Source: a virus
Lineage: Duplodnaviria; Caudoviricetes
DNA length: 53,919 nucleotides
Direction: 5' to 3' (one strand)
IMG/VR virus record: IMGVR_UViG_3300029171_000010
Span: 1-53,919 of that record
The notes beneath the pieces are model-generated. The model was not told the origin of the DNA. It saw only the letters and a list, made by a program, of their open reading frames with translations, and did not search any database. Positions 18,214 to 28,467 of the stretch are shown here, one piece after another; position 1 is the first letter of the stretch; each line of letters opens with the position of its first letter. The position numbers and the translations under genes were made by a program.

Positions 18214-18685
18214 CAAGGTAGTGTCCAAAGAATTGCAAGTCAATCGCCGCCCCAATTTCGCCACCTTGCACCAGTGCCGCCGCCACGGCGTCACCACTGC
18301 GCACGAGATTAATAACCGATGTGCCATCAAGAATGCTGCCGCTCAGATCGGTATATCCCGCTGCAACATTGATGTTACTCCATGCAATGAACGTCACACC
18401 GCCAGCAACAACTGATGCCGTCGCCACTGGCGTAAACGGCAATCCGTTAATCGTTACATTTCCCGTTGGCGCAACGGCGGTTGCGGTAATATTAACACGT
18501 CCCGAAATAAAAACACAATTGCCGATACGGGTATAGTGTGCGCCCGTTCCGGCATACGTAAACTCACCGGTGGTACCGCTTCCGACGAGGGTCAGTGTAA
18601 AGGTGCCTGTAGTTGCAATTTCTGAGCGCTCCACGTCACGTAAACGGCGCTCCAACTCTTCAATTTTCCGAACAAGTTCAATCAT
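18206..18685 (-). CDS. Minor tail / receptor-binding-like protein
   Basis: Short coiled coil then YTRIGNCV...INGLPF fibre-head pattern; follows Tal. Confidence 0.65.
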   Translation of the reverse strand: MIELVRKIEELERRLRDVERSEIATTGTFTLTLVGSGTTGEFTYAGTGAHYTRIGNCVFISGRVNITATAVAPTGNVTINGLPFTPVATASVVAGGVTFIAWSNINVAAGYTDLSGSILDGTSVINLVRSGDAVAAALVQGGEIGAAIDLQFFGHYLVA

Positions 18686-19802
18686 CGCTGCGTACCTGTG
18701 CGGTTATCGTTTCTTTGCCACCTTCAACCTTGACTGACACCACGTCAATTCGGGCATCCTGATTGATAAAATCCACTTGCGTGGTAATCCGATCTCCCCA
18801 TGCCCAATGCATGCCGTAGCGCATCCCTGGCGTGTCCTGAATCGTCCCACTGACGGTACGCACAGGCCGCGAGGCGCGCAGTTTCGCATTAGCCAATGCG
18901 CCTAGCTGTGTGGTACTCCCCGGATCGTCGCTGGTGGTACTACCGTATGCAAATACCTCTATGTGTCCGAATGGCGATGCACCGCGGCGCGTGGTGTCGG
19001 TGGCAGTTGCGATACTACGATCCGCTCCTACCCCCTGGCCACCCGCAATTGCCACGGTCTTTTCATCAAGATACGATTCGTCAATATCGACATTTACCAT
19101 GTTGCCAAAATCCGGCCCAATGATGACTGGATTAAGGCCACTCGGAAACCGGTGATCGACTCCGCGTTGGCCGATATACGTACGTAGTTCAAACGTGACA
19201 CTATTCCAAATCACATCGAATGCCATGTACACGCCGCCGGTTGCGCTGGCTTCTGCGAGTTTCTTGCAGGTGTCAAGCACATTGTCACGTGCCGCTGATG
19301 CGGTAACGCTTATGCCTTGGCTGATGTTGCTTTGGATACTGAAAAGATTGCTGATATTGGCGGTGCCCGCCACGTCCCGCGATGCGTCTAGCGCCGTCAT
19401 ATTGTCACGTGCGAACTGCTTGATAAGGTCGTCAGTGGTGCCTGTTTTGGTGCTAAAACTTGACCCCGCATCATATGCAACAATACGGCGATTTAGGAGG
19501 TCATTCGGGCAGACTGCTTGTAGCTGAATGGTTCGTGCGCCTTGATCGCGAATCTGAATCACCCAGCGCCGCAATAACCAGCGCTTGTCGGCTTCGAGGT
19601 ATTCCGCGCCGCCATCCACAGATCGCCACACCTCAATCTGACAATCACGGCGTAACAGCGTGGTATCAAACGATTCAGGAAGTGACACTGTGAGTGAGCC
19701 AATGGTATTGACGGCCAGTGTATACGACAAACTAAGAAACGGCAGCGCCGCAAGGCGGTTGCCAAACGGATCGTTGTAATAGATGGAGTAGGTGCTAGCC
19801 AT
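18678..19802 (-). CDS. Tal-like tail hub protein (Gp37-like)
   Basis: Position after Dit; AGGQGVGADR, YGMHWAWGDRIT. Confidence 0.75.
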   Translation of the reverse strand: MASTYSIYYNDPFGNRLAALPFLSLSYTLAVNTIGSLTVSLPESFDTTLLRRDCQIEVWRSVDGGAEYLEADKRWLLRRWVIQIRDQGARTIQLQAVCPNDLLNRRIVAYDAGSSFSTKTGTTDDLIKQFARDNMTALDASRDVAGTANISNLFSIQSNISQGISVTASAARDNVLDTCKKLAEASATGGVYMAFDVIWNSVTFELRTYIGQRGVDHRFPSGLNPVIIGPDFGNMVNVDIDESYLDEKTVAIAGGQGVGADRSIATATDTTRRGASPFGHIEVFAYGSTTSDDPGSTTQLGALANAKLRASRPVRTVSGTIQDTPGMRYGMHWAWGDRITTQVDFINQDARIDVVSVKVEGGKETITAQVRSDD

Positions 19803-20118
19803 TAGCGATCACCGCCGGGAGAGCGACCGTAAAACACTCATCAGATCGCCCACCTGTGTAGATGCGACCTCCTGCATGGATTGTTACACGATAGCATGCG
19901 CGCCCGTATTCATTAGTAAATACCAGCACCCCGCCGCGTTCGGTAATGTCGGTTTGTGTGATTGTTCCGCCTGTGAGTTCAACCGTAACATTTGCTGGAT
20001 CGACAGTATACCCGCGTGGGTATTGCCAAATATAGACAAACGTTACCGAGTCGGCACGAACCGGCACAAGGAGCGCCAGCCAGAGCAGAAAAGCAATAAA
20101 CCATTTATGACGTACCAT
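19795..20118 (-). CDS. Small secreted protein
   Basis: Signal peptide WFIAFLLWLALLVPVRA; C-terminal FTVALPAVI. Confidence 0.6.
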   Translation of the reverse strand: MVRHKWFIAFLLWLALLVPVRADSVTFVYIWQYPRGYTVDPANVTVELTGGTITQTDITERGGVLVFTNEYGRACYRVTIHAGGRIYTGGRSDECFTVALPAVIANG

Positions 20119-22564
20119 CGTTGCTCCAGAAACGAGGCCGATAGGTAATATCGGTGCGTAAATTGGCGTTGTCTGCAAAAAAAGAAACGTAGTTTGTCCC
20201 CGGCTGTAATTGCCACCTCGCGAGATTCGATCCCGCAATAATTGCGCTAAGAATATTGCCGCGAAACGAGCTTGTTACCCCTGCACTACCGGGTGCAAGA
20301 TTTACTATTGCCGATTCATTTGCCTGTAATACGAGATTGAAATACAATTCCGATTGTGTTGCGGTGTTAAGTAGTTGATAGATGCGAGTCGTGCCACTTG
20401 TCGGTGCCCGAAAGATAATTTTTGGCGCGACCGCTGCTCCGTTGGTAATTGTTAATGGAATAACCGAAGCAGATCGGGCGGTTCCAGTGAACGATCCTGC
20501 AATATATGCACCGCCATCTGGCGTGAAAGCTATCCCAAATACGCGCCCTGGTGGCGGAATGTCAATGTCACCCGGAACCCATGCAGCTCCCGTCCAGCGA
20601 GCAATCCCATCAGGAAATGGCAAAACGGTGCCACTACTAAAAAACTGGCCACCAGCCCAAATTTGTCCTGCTGGCGAGACAACTAGCGTGTCTACTGCGT
20701 CATTTGTACCCGATCCAATACCGAGCGCCATTCTGGTGAATCCAGAAAGATTGCTTTGTGCAACATTGGGTGCAGACCCGCTATTCACTGCTTCAAATTT
20801 GCCGCCGACGACAAAATTTTGCGACGGCAGTGCAGCAACCGTGTACATCCCTGCTAATGGAACACCAGAGATGATCCCCGGCACGCTTCCAAATGCGCCG
20901 TTTTTCCAAATACCAAGCCGTTGATTTGAGATTGTCGTACCACCTGCCGCTCCACCGTCGGTGGTAAAAACAAGCGTGTCGCCAACCATGGTGAGCGCAT
21001 AACACGTATTGTTGACGGTTCCTCCACCAAGTGAACCCCATGCGGTTGGAGTGAAGAGTGCAAGATAGTTGTTGATGCCAGCACTCGCAGGCCCCGCGAA
21101 TGTAAAATTCCCCGCAACAAACACCGTACCGCCATATGGATACAGATCGTAAACACCACGTATACCCGAAGACGCATCAACCGTTCCGTTTGCGCACGAT
21201 CCCCATGTATTATTTGAAAATTGAGTTAATCCTTGGAATCTGCCATCAACCGAAATGAAAAAACCGCCCGCGTACAGGGTGCCCGATGCGTCGTACTTCA
21301 CTACATTAACTACATTGGTAATACCGCTACTTGGGAACGTTCCAAAAGTGCCACCAGCATAGAAGCCAATATAAGCACTATTGGCGGTTCCTGCGATACT
21401 GCCAAAATTCCCGCCAAACACCAATGTTCCGGTTGGACTAATTGTGATTGATTGCACTCGCCGTGTTGTTGGGGCACCACTAGTAATGGTTGTTCCGTTT
21501 TGTCCTAATGTTCCCCATCGTCCATACGAATCGCGATAGGCAAATTCGTTGGTACTGCCAAGATTGGTGAATGCTGCTAAACTTGTCCCGCGCTCCGTGA
21601 TCGTTTGCCAATACGGATCGGGCGCAATTAACCGTACTGCCGCTTGTTCGGCAAACCCGTTCCATCCGCCATAACTCAGGCCGCTATCGTAGACTGCATC
21701 AATCTGTACACTGCCACCCGCGCCGGTGTAGAGGATACGAAACGGTGATGGGTTGGGGGTGAGATCGGGTTTAATGACGTTGATCACTTGCTGTCGTAAC
21801 GCATGCATATGTTGCCACGTCGTGCCATTAACTAACCCCGTGAGCACAAAGCTGCGCACATTGGCGCGAGTGCGTTGGTAGAAGCCGCCGTCTAAGTAGC
21901 CGTAGTCCTGTGTAACCACGTTCACATCCGGCATGCCCACGCCTTGCGCATCAAGGATGGTGAACCCCATGTCTGACAGATTGTAGACACTGCCACCCGT
22001 GCGCACGGACGCGCTACGAAGGCTGGTGCTGGCATGGGGTTGCCCATCCCAGGTGTAGCCCACACCTTGATCGCCGTCGATATAGGTGGTAACACTGCCT
22101 GCCTCATACTGCACCGCGTCGATATAAAATGCAGTAGTGACGGCGCTGTTGTTTTTGCGAATAGCCAAACGTCGCGTTGCGCCGGTTGATTCGGTGTAGC
22201 TGCCGTGGTAGCGATGCCACGATCCGCCGCCTGTGCCAACCAGTGTGCCGGTTTGGTAGCCATTGCCACTGCTGTCCCCGATGCCCGCGATGAAGGTACT
22301 GCCCACGGGAAACGAGCCGTAGAAGCTCCAGCTATACGCGGTGCCGTTGCCAGCGGCGAAGGTTGGTGCAAGCACCCCTGCTGTGCCGTTACTGGTTGGC
22401 GCAACGCTACCGCTCCACGCACCGAACGCCTGTACACCGCTGGTGGTGCCAAGCGTGCCCGCGAACAACGTCCCCCAGCCAGTGGTACCGGTTTCAAATG
22501 AGGGATTGGTGCTAAGGTTGCGGCGGTCGCCAACGGGCACGATCACACTGTAAAATCCTGGCAT
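20105..22564 (-). CDS. Evolved distal tail protein (Dit) with N-terminal CBM-like domain and inserted beta-propeller
   Basis: Follows TMP; NPSFETGTTGW; APDPYW and LQPGTN Dit motifs; repeated xGGxF blades. Confidence 0.8.
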   Translation of the reverse strand: MPGFYSVIVPVGDRRNLSTNPSFETGTTGWGTLFAGTLGTTSGVQAFGAWSGSVAPTSNGTAGVLAPTFAAGNGTAYSWSFYGSFPVGSTFIAGIGDSSGNGYQTGTLVGTGGGSWHRYHGSYTESTGATRRLAIRKNNSAVTTAFYIDAVQYEAGSVTTYIDGDQGVGYTWDGQPHASTSLRSASVRTGGSVYNLSDMGFTILDAQGVGMPDVNVVTQDYGYLDGGFYQRTRANVRSFVLTGLVNGTTWQHMHALRQQVINVIKPDLTPNPSPFRILYTGAGGSVQIDAVYDSGLSYGGWNGFAEQAAVRLIAPDPYWQTITERGTSLAAFTNLGSTNEFAYRDSYGRWGTLGQNGTTITSGAPTTRRVQSITISPTGTLVFGGNFGSIAGTANSAYIGFYAGGTFGTFPSSGITNVVNVVKYDASGTLYAGGFFISVDGRFQGLTQFSNNTWGSCANGTVDASSGIRGVYDLYPYGGTVFVAGNFTFAGPASAGINNYLALFTPTAWGSLGGGTVNNTCYALTMVGDTLVFTTDGGAAGGTTISNQRLGIWKNGAFGSVPGIISGVPLAGMYTVAALPSQNFVVGGKFEAVNSGSAPNVAQSNLSGFTRMALGIGSGTNDAVDTLVVSPAGQIWAGGQFFSSGTVLPFPDGIARWTGAAWVPGDIDIPPPGRVFGIAFTPDGGAYIAGSFTGTARSASVIPLTITNGAAVAPKIIFRAPTSGTTRIYQLLNTATQSELYFNLVLQANESAIVNLAPGSAGVTSSFRGNILSAIIAGSNLARWQLQPGTNYVSFFADNANLRTDITYRPRFWSNDGTS

Positions 22565-22567
22565 ACG

Positions 22568-24682
22568 TTATGTTCCTGCAGTTGCTAAACTGCGCATCAT
22601 GGCGAAATCAGCGCTTGGGCGGCTTGGGGTTGCGCTGTAGGTTGGCGAATAGTTGTAGTTGTTGGTAACGGTTTTGGCACCCGCGACCGCTGCGCCAGCG
22701 GTATTCTGGGCGGATTGTGCGACTAATGGCGCGCCTTGCTGTAATCCGACGGCCATGCCTTGCGCCATGGGTAAGCCAATTTGCGCAGCGAACACGGCGG
22801 ACGGTGACGAAATACCAAGTGCCTTTTTTGCGGCATTTAGGGCGGCAGTGGCAGCATTGGTCACTGCGCTTACGAGCGCGCCGACACCACTTTGCACGCC
22901 GCGAATGAGGCCGTCAATGATGTTGCGCCCGATGTTGACAGCAGGCGCAATAGCAGTCATGAGCGCTGCCAGCGTATCGGCGACCGCTTGTGTCGTGATG
23001 GTTGCGAGTTTTGAGATATTCGATGCCCAGAGCGTGATAATGCCGTCCACGCTGGTGCCAAAGAAGGCGGCAATTGCATTCAGCGCGCCAAAGAGGAAGG
23101 TACGAATGCCATTCCAGATTGTTTCGTTCGATTGCGCTAGTGTCTTGAATGCCGTATCCCAATCACCAGTAATCGTGGCCAGTACAATGGCAAGGATGCC
23201 CTGAATAACCCCCATGACAATTTGGATCGTGCCTTGGATCATGGTAAATGCCGATTGCACGACTTGCATGACGGTCGCGCCGTGTTGTTGCCAGAGGCCA
23301 GTGATAATAGTGAGTGTATTTTGTATGATGCTCATCATTGCGGGCATCATCGATTGTATGAATGCGTATATCGTATTAAATGACGCAGTCGCAGTCGCAA
23401 TCGCTTGGCTCAGTAGTGGAAATTGCGCCGATAGTTGTGCAATCGGGTCATCGGCGGACAGCGTGGCGCTCGCGAATTCAATTACCGCATTCACCCCCGC
23501 CGTAAACTGCTCAATCAATGGTGTCAACACAGGAAGGAGCTTCGATCCAATGGTAATCTGCAAGGCTTCAATTGAGCCTTGCAGGTTTTGGATGGCAAAA
23601 TTAAAGCCCTGTTGTGTTGCGGTAGCCTGCCCCTGAATACCGTTAGCATTAGCCATGCTTGCAGCAAACGCATCATAACCCTCTGCGCCTGCACTGAGGA
23701 GCGCCATAGCCGCACCCTTGGCATCGTTTCCAAAGATTGTCGCTAGCGCCTCGTTGCGCTGCGCGTCGGTTAATCCGGTAAAGGCATTTTGTAGCAGCTC
23801 GGCGGCATTTCGCATACCAATAAACTGCCCGTTGGCATCATAGAATGCGCTACCCGTTTCTTCAGTGTACAACCCTAGTGCTTCCATCGCATCTTTGGCG
23901 TTTTGTGTTGAGGGAATCATGCGCACAAGGAAGTTGTTAAACGACGTACCCGCCGTAGCTGCGCTGGGGAATGCGCCAGAGATTGCGCCCATGGTGGTAA
24001 CAAAATCTTCGTAGGACACCCCCGCCGCTTTCGCCGAGCCGCCAGCCATCAGCATCGCTTCGCCTAACTGCTCTACATCCACGGTTGACGCATTGGCGGC
24101 TTTCACCAAGAGTTCTTGTGACATGGCCATAAACGCGGTTTTTTCGGCAGCACTGGCGGTTTGATCGACAAACGTTGCAAGTTGCTTGGCAGTGAGGTTC
24201 GCAGCAGATTCTAGCCCCATCGCAGCCGCCGCCGCGAATTGGAGTGTATCGCGCAACCCACCCGCCGCAACCACCGCCGGATCGATACCACCCTTGACCA
24301 TGGCGGTGGCGGCATCCTGGACTTCTTGCGTTGATACCGGCAGTTCTTTGCCAAGATCGATGAACAAGTTCTTGAATGTCTCTAGCTCTTCGCCTGCGGT
24401 GCCACTGGCGGCGGCGAACGTGTTCATCCCCGCTTCAAACGATCCCGCCGCGCCAATACTGTCTTTGACAAAGCCTGCAATGGCGGTACCTGCGACCATC
24501 AGAGATTGCGTGGCAATTGCGCCCACTTCGCGCAGTGCGCCAATCACCACTTGCCCGAACGAGGACACGCCCGATCCAGACGAACGCGCCGCGCTATCGA
24601 GATCGCGCAACCCCTTGGCAGTATCGTCAATCCCGCGTCCGCCGCTGGTGCTATTGATTTCAATCCGGATCGTTGCGGCCAT
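22568..24682 (-). CDS. Tape measure protein
   Basis: Ala-rich helical, TP901-type core (AGTSF...ATIFGNDA), LGISSPS. Confidence 0.93.
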   Translation of the reverse strand: MAATIRIEINSTSGGRGIDDTAKGLRDLDSAARSSGSGVSSFGQVVIGALREVGAIATQSLMVAGTAIAGFVKDSIGAAGSFEAGMNTFAAASGTAGEELETFKNLFIDLGKELPVSTQEVQDAATAMVKGGIDPAVVAAGGLRDTLQFAAAAAMGLESAANLTAKQLATFVDQTASAAEKTAFMAMSQELLVKAANASTVDVEQLGEAMLMAGGSAKAAGVSYEDFVTTMGAISGAFPSAATAGTSFNNFLVRMIPSTQNAKDAMEALGLYTEETGSAFYDANGQFIGMRNAAELLQNAFTGLTDAQRNEALATIFGNDAKGAAMALLSAGAEGYDAFAASMANANGIQGQATATQQGFNFAIQNLQGSIEALQITIGSKLLPVLTPLIEQFTAGVNAVIEFASATLSADDPIAQLSAQFPLLSQAIATATASFNTIYAFIQSMMPAMMSIIQNTLTIITGLWQQHGATVMQVVQSAFTMIQGTIQIVMGVIQGILAIVLATITGDWDTAFKTLAQSNETIWNGIRTFLFGALNAIAAFFGTSVDGIITLWASNISKLATITTQAVADTLAALMTAIAPAVNIGRNIIDGLIRGVQSGVGALVSAVTNAATAALNAAKKALGISSPSAVFAAQIGLPMAQGMAVGLQQGAPLVAQSAQNTAGAAVAGAKTVTNNYNYSPTYSATPSRPSADFAMMRSLATAGT

Positions 24683-24876
24683 TATTTCTCTTGTGCCTTG
24701 TGCAGTTCGTCTTTATAGACAAAGTAGCGTGCTGCCCAATATGCGCCGTCCTCGTGCTCCATGATCTCCCATGGCGGCACGCCCCATGCCTCAGCCATCT
24801 TCAGTGCCGCCATGTCGTATGGAATCGCGCCGCCATGCCGGATGGCTACTCGGTAGTCGGCGCGCTCTCGTTTGGG
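24682..24876 (-). CDS. Tail chaperone -1 frameshift extension (gpGT-like)
   Basis: C CCA AAC slippery site at 24870-24876; -1 frame reads ERADYRV...AEAWGVPPWE...AQEK* and ends at the TMP start. Confidence 0.8.
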   Translation of the reverse strand, partial: PKRERADYRVAIRHGGAIPYDMAALKMAEAWGVPPWEIMEHEDGAYWAARYFVYKDELHKAQEK

Positions 24877-25154
24877 ACGGCTGCGGCTTGTTTCATGTAC
24901 TCACCCATTTCCTGCCACTGCCACAACTCAATTTCTTCCGCTTCTTCGGGCGTGATTTTGAGCGCGGCAGCGATAACCGGAATGAGATCATCCCATTCGT
25001 TTGTTTTCTGGGCTTTGTCAAGCATCTTTAAAACTTTGAGCTTAACGCGCCCTTGGGTGATGGATGCCTGTTTGGTTCGACCGTCGTCAAACTCAATCGT
25101 GAAGGTGTACGTTTTGCGGCCTTCAATGACTGCTGTTCCCGCTTGTTCGCTCAT
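24846..25154 (-). CDS. Tail assembly chaperone (gpG-like)
   Basis: Between tail tube and TMP; slippery site near 3' end. Confidence 0.8.
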   Translation of the reverse strand: MSEQAGTAVIEGRKTYTFTIEFDDGRTKQASITQGRVKLKVLKMLDKAQKTNEWDDLIPVIAAALKITPEEAEEIELWQWQEMGEYMKQAAAVPNESAPTTE

Positions 25155-26236
25155 TAGTTAATCATCTCCTGTTGCCCGCGTCGTACCACCAAAACGGTGC
25201 CACGCCCCGCTGCGGGCACGCTTTCGTTATATTTACTAAACCAATTGGCGGTTACAATACTGTTACCTTCCTGATCGTCTAGCGCGTCAAACTTGGTGTA
25301 CTTGATGGGCAAGTCGATCTGAAGGAGGTTCTGCGTAAAGCCGGTGCCGAGTGGAATGGTGCCACCCACCCAGCTCATGCGGGCAAGCATTGCCTGTTGA
25401 TCGCGCCAGGCTTGTTTTTGTCCAGCGGTGCCGCCTGCGGATTGCGATCCGGTCGCTTGGTGCTCAAACGTGAATTGGCCGTCGATCTCGTAGCCAGTAA
25501 ACACGGCAGTGTGGAAGTAGATCGATCCGCTGTCGATACTGAACTTCGGCTCGAACATCTCTTTGATGTTAACTTCAAAACCAAGAATATTGCCCGATGG
25601 GACGCGGGTTGCACCATACGTTGCACCGCTGACTGCCGGATCAAGATAGATTGATCCCCGCCCCGCCACGATGGTTTCGACCGGCGTAACAATGGTGCCG
25701 ATATTACTGAACGATCCACTAGCATTGGTACGTTCGACACTACGGAATATCCACTGGCTTTCGACTTTGATCGCTTCCCCGCCTGCACCGCTGAGCTTAA
25801 TCTCATTCACCAGGCCATACGAGCCGACTTCCGCTTCACCGCCTAATCCTTGCGCGGGTTCGCCTGCCTCAACCGTGAATGACTGTTGTGGCCAGACAGT
25901 AGACGCTGGCAAGGGAAAATAAAACGATACTGCCGATCCTGACGCGCCGTGGGCGCTGCCGCCCGCGCTGCCAAAGCCAGCGGCAGCAAAGATAACAGGT
26001 AACTGCTCAAAGGTAGCTTCGGTTTCACCGAGGGTAATCGCGCCCATCAGTTTGGCAATGTAGCTACGGTCAGTACCACCGAAAACACCGACTAACTCTT
26101 CAACATTCGTTACTTCACGTCGATCGTCGAACATCTTCGCCATGCCGCGCCAGATAAAACGCGGGGCAACTTGTGTGCCGGGGGTAGCTTCGAGGCGGAG
26201 TCGCACACTACGCAACTCCTTACGGCCTTGGGACAT
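25154..26236 (-). CDS. Major tail tube protein
   Basis: Size, position, AAGGAG RBS. Confidence 0.78.
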   Translation of the reverse strand: MSQGRKELRSVRLRLEATPGTQVAPRFIWRGMAKMFDDRREVTNVEELVGVFGGTDRSYIAKLMGAITLGETEATFEQLPVIFAAAGFGSAGGSAHGASGSAVSFYFPLPASTVWPQQSFTVEAGEPAQGLGGEAEVGSYGLVNEIKLSGAGGEAIKVESQWIFRSVERTNASGSFSNIGTIVTPVETIVAGRGSIYLDPAVSGATYGATRVPSGNILGFEVNIKEMFEPKFSIDSGSIYFHTAVFTGYEIDGQFTFEHQATGSQSAGGTAGQKQAWRDQQAMLARMSWVGGTIPLGTGFTQNLLQIDLPIKYTKFDALDDQEGNSIVTANWFSKYNESVPAAGRGTVLVVRRGQQEMIN

Positions 26237-26256
26237 GGTGCAACTCCTTGCGAATC

Positions 26257-26380
26257 AAAAAGGGCGGTGCTCGTGATGAGCACCGCCCTAAACGGGTAGC
26301 GTGAATTGTCAGTATTCCATTGTGATGCTGGCAAGTTCCCGCTACCAGTAATCTACGAGTAGTATAGCACACCTATGCAA
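26257..26380 (-). promoter_or_regulatory. Short-spacer promoter, leader and terminator before the tail operon
   Basis: TTGCAT-8-TATACT; CTGACAATTCACGCTACCC; 12-bp stem plus T-run. Confidence 0.75.
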
Positions 26381-26383
26381 GTG

Positions 26384-26857
26384 CTACCAGAGTTCGCGAA
26401 TGGGTAGCGTAATCCGAAACCCACTATACGGCGTCGCACCCACCGCCAGATCGGTCACAATCCCGCTATCGCTTGGCTTGCGTTCGCCCCATTCCACGGT
26501 AACTTGATTTTGTGTCGCGGTTGGGTTCGCAAGCGCCGTGGGGTAGCCGTTTTGATCAAGGCTAAACCATTTGTCGATAAACGCATCAAGGAGTGTTACT
26601 GCCAGCGTGGATCGGCCTGGCATAGTGTTCTGCCCAAGCGCCTCGACAAATACGAGGATCGTGTACGTACGATCCGTGCGTTTCTTGCTGCCAAAGTGTT
26701 CGCGACTCCAATCGCCCGCTTCTGGCCATGTGAGCGCCATGGGGAGGCGCACACTATCGGCGGTCTGCGGGTATTTGCTGAACTCTGGGGCATACCTTAG
26801 TCCAGAAATTGAACGGTTTACATTCTGAATTAAGTCAATCGTTGTGCTGAGTGTCAT
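26384..26857 (-). CDS. Probable tail terminator / neck protein
   Basis: Size and position before tail tube. Confidence 0.55.
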   Translation of the reverse strand: MTLSTTIDLIQNVNRSISGLRYAPEFSKYPQTADSVRLPMALTWPEAGDWSREHFGSKKRTDRTYTILVFVEALGQNTMPGRSTLAVTLLDAFIDKWFSLDQNGYPTALANPTATQNQVTVEWGERKPSDSGIVTDLAVGATPYSGFRITLPIRELW

Positions 26858-28196
26858 TTAGTTTCCTCCACCACCAGAGCCGTCCGTTTGTCATCACGTC
26901 GGGCAGGTGTCGTTGTACGGCGGCCTGTACCCCTGGTGCATAATAGTCATCGCCGCATACAATGCCGCCATCCACCAGACGCGGCAAGAACGTTATGAGT
27001 TGATCGCTGACGCTCTGTTCATCGTGGGCGGCATCAAGGTGGATAAACGCGAGCGGATCGGTGTTGCGTTCTGCCCAGACCCGCCAGTCGCAGCGCTTTG
27101 GTTCGATATAGAGCAGTCCGAACGATTCGATATTGCGCAAGAACTGCCGAAACACGTCACGCTGCTGCGCAGCCTCAATGGTAGGATGATCAGGCGATTC
27201 GTCGCTGTTGCCTTGCCACGTATCCACCGCGTACAACGTGCGTTCACCAAGGCCATGTGCAATGGCAATCGTTGACACACCCTCCCAGCTTCCAATCTCA
27301 ACACATGCGCCCGTTGGCGGCGCATAGCTGGCAATCTTGGCAAGGATGGTACTGTGTGCGGCGTTCGTCCATCCTTCGTGAAATGTCGGTGCATAGTCGC
27401 TATAGAAATGCCGCACCCATGTCATCGGCTGCTCATAGACGGCATGCGGAAGATCGGTTGCCCAATCAATCGCAAAGTTCTGCCATGCGCGCCCGTATAC
27501 ATCCGATCCGTTCGCAATGCGTTCGGCAATCGTTGCCTCATCGCGGTGTTCAGGGTGATTGAGTTCCTGGTGCAGAAATGATTCAATCTTGGTTTTGACA
27601 TACTCTGGGCCACCAAAGTACGAAAAGTGCCAGCCCGCGTTATGGGCATGCATGATACGCGGAAACCCGCCGCGTTCCTGCCCCGCATAGCGCACCCCAT
27701 CCGCCCCAAGTGCCTGTACATTGGCGTACTGCGTGGCTCGTGTACCAAACCACTGGGCATCGCGGGCAGTGTGGTTGAATGTGTAGTAATGCAAGCGTTG
27801 CACTGCTACGACGATAGCATCGGATGGTAACTGATAGAGTGCTTGCACGAACGCCCGGCGCGGGATTTCGTCGCAATCACTAATCAGAATCATGTCGTCG
27901 TGACTGAGGTGCAGGCTGGCTAACGCATCGGCGATGGCATTGCGCTGCGCAATTTCACGCCGCCATGTCCAGAGCAACCCATCGCCATCAGGAAGATCGG
28001 CATTCCAGATTACCAACTTATGCGCATACGGCTGGAAGCGATCAAAGTTGGCGCGCAAGTGGCTATCCTTCGGCGCGCCTGCATGCGTGCGATTGCCTTC
28101 TACGATAACAAACAGATCGACAATTGGATCAAGATCGGCCATGCGAAGTGCCAGTAGATCGCTTTCTTGGAAGTAGGTTACACAATCAATGATCAC
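26835..28196 (-). CDS. GT17-like glycosyltransferase fused to class I SAM methyltransferase
   Basis: MIIDC..E.DLL.LR, REIAQRN, SDCDEIP, GWHFSYFGG; C-terminal EIGSWEG, IHLDAAH, GGIVCGDDY. Confidence 0.9.
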   Translation of the reverse strand: MIIDCVTYFQESDLLALRMADLDPIVDLFVIVEGNRTHAGAPKDSHLRANFDRFQPYAHKLVIWNADLPDGDGLLWTWRREIAQRNAIADALASLHLSHDDMILISDCDEIPRRAFVQALYQLPSDAIVVAVQRLHYYTFNHTARDAQWFGTRATQYANVQALGADGVRYAGQERGGFPRIMHAHNAGWHFSYFGGPEYVKTKIESFLHQELNHPEHRDEATIAERIANGSDVYGRAWQNFAIDWATDLPHAVYEQPMTWVRHFYSDYAPTFHEGWTNAAHSTILAKIASYAPPTGACVEIGSWEGVSTIAIAHGLGERTLYAVDTWQGNSDESPDHPTIEAAQQRDVFRQFLRNIESFGLLYIEPKRCDWRVWAERNTDPLAFIHLDAAHDEQSVSDQLITFLPRLVDGGIVCGDDYYAPGVQAAVQRHLPDVMTNGRLWWWRKLNDTQHND

Positions 28197-28467
28197 CTGC
28201 TACCTCCAGCGTATAGCTCTGACTTGCACTGTCGCCACTAAAATCGTAATCAGTACATGCAGCACCACTAGAAACCGCATGCGAATATCCGTCTGGCCAG
28301 TAATCTAAACGCACCCCAACCGGCATCGGCTTTTTGCAAAAAATGCAGCACGGATCGTATGCTCTCCATCCGCCTGTGTGTTTGCTGGCGTACTTCAACC
28401 AACGGCCATTATAACGATAGATTTGTTCAGCTAGCGGATCATCAGGGAGTTGATCGCTTTTTTTCAT
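28186..28467 (-). CDS. Hypothetical protein
   Basis: Overlaps neighbours; CIFC. Confidence 0.55.
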   Translation of the reverse strand: MKKSDQLPDDPLAEQIYRYNGRWLKYASKHTGGWRAYDPCCIFCKKPMPVGVRLDYWPDGYSHAVSSGAACTDYDFSGDSASQSYTLEVAGDH

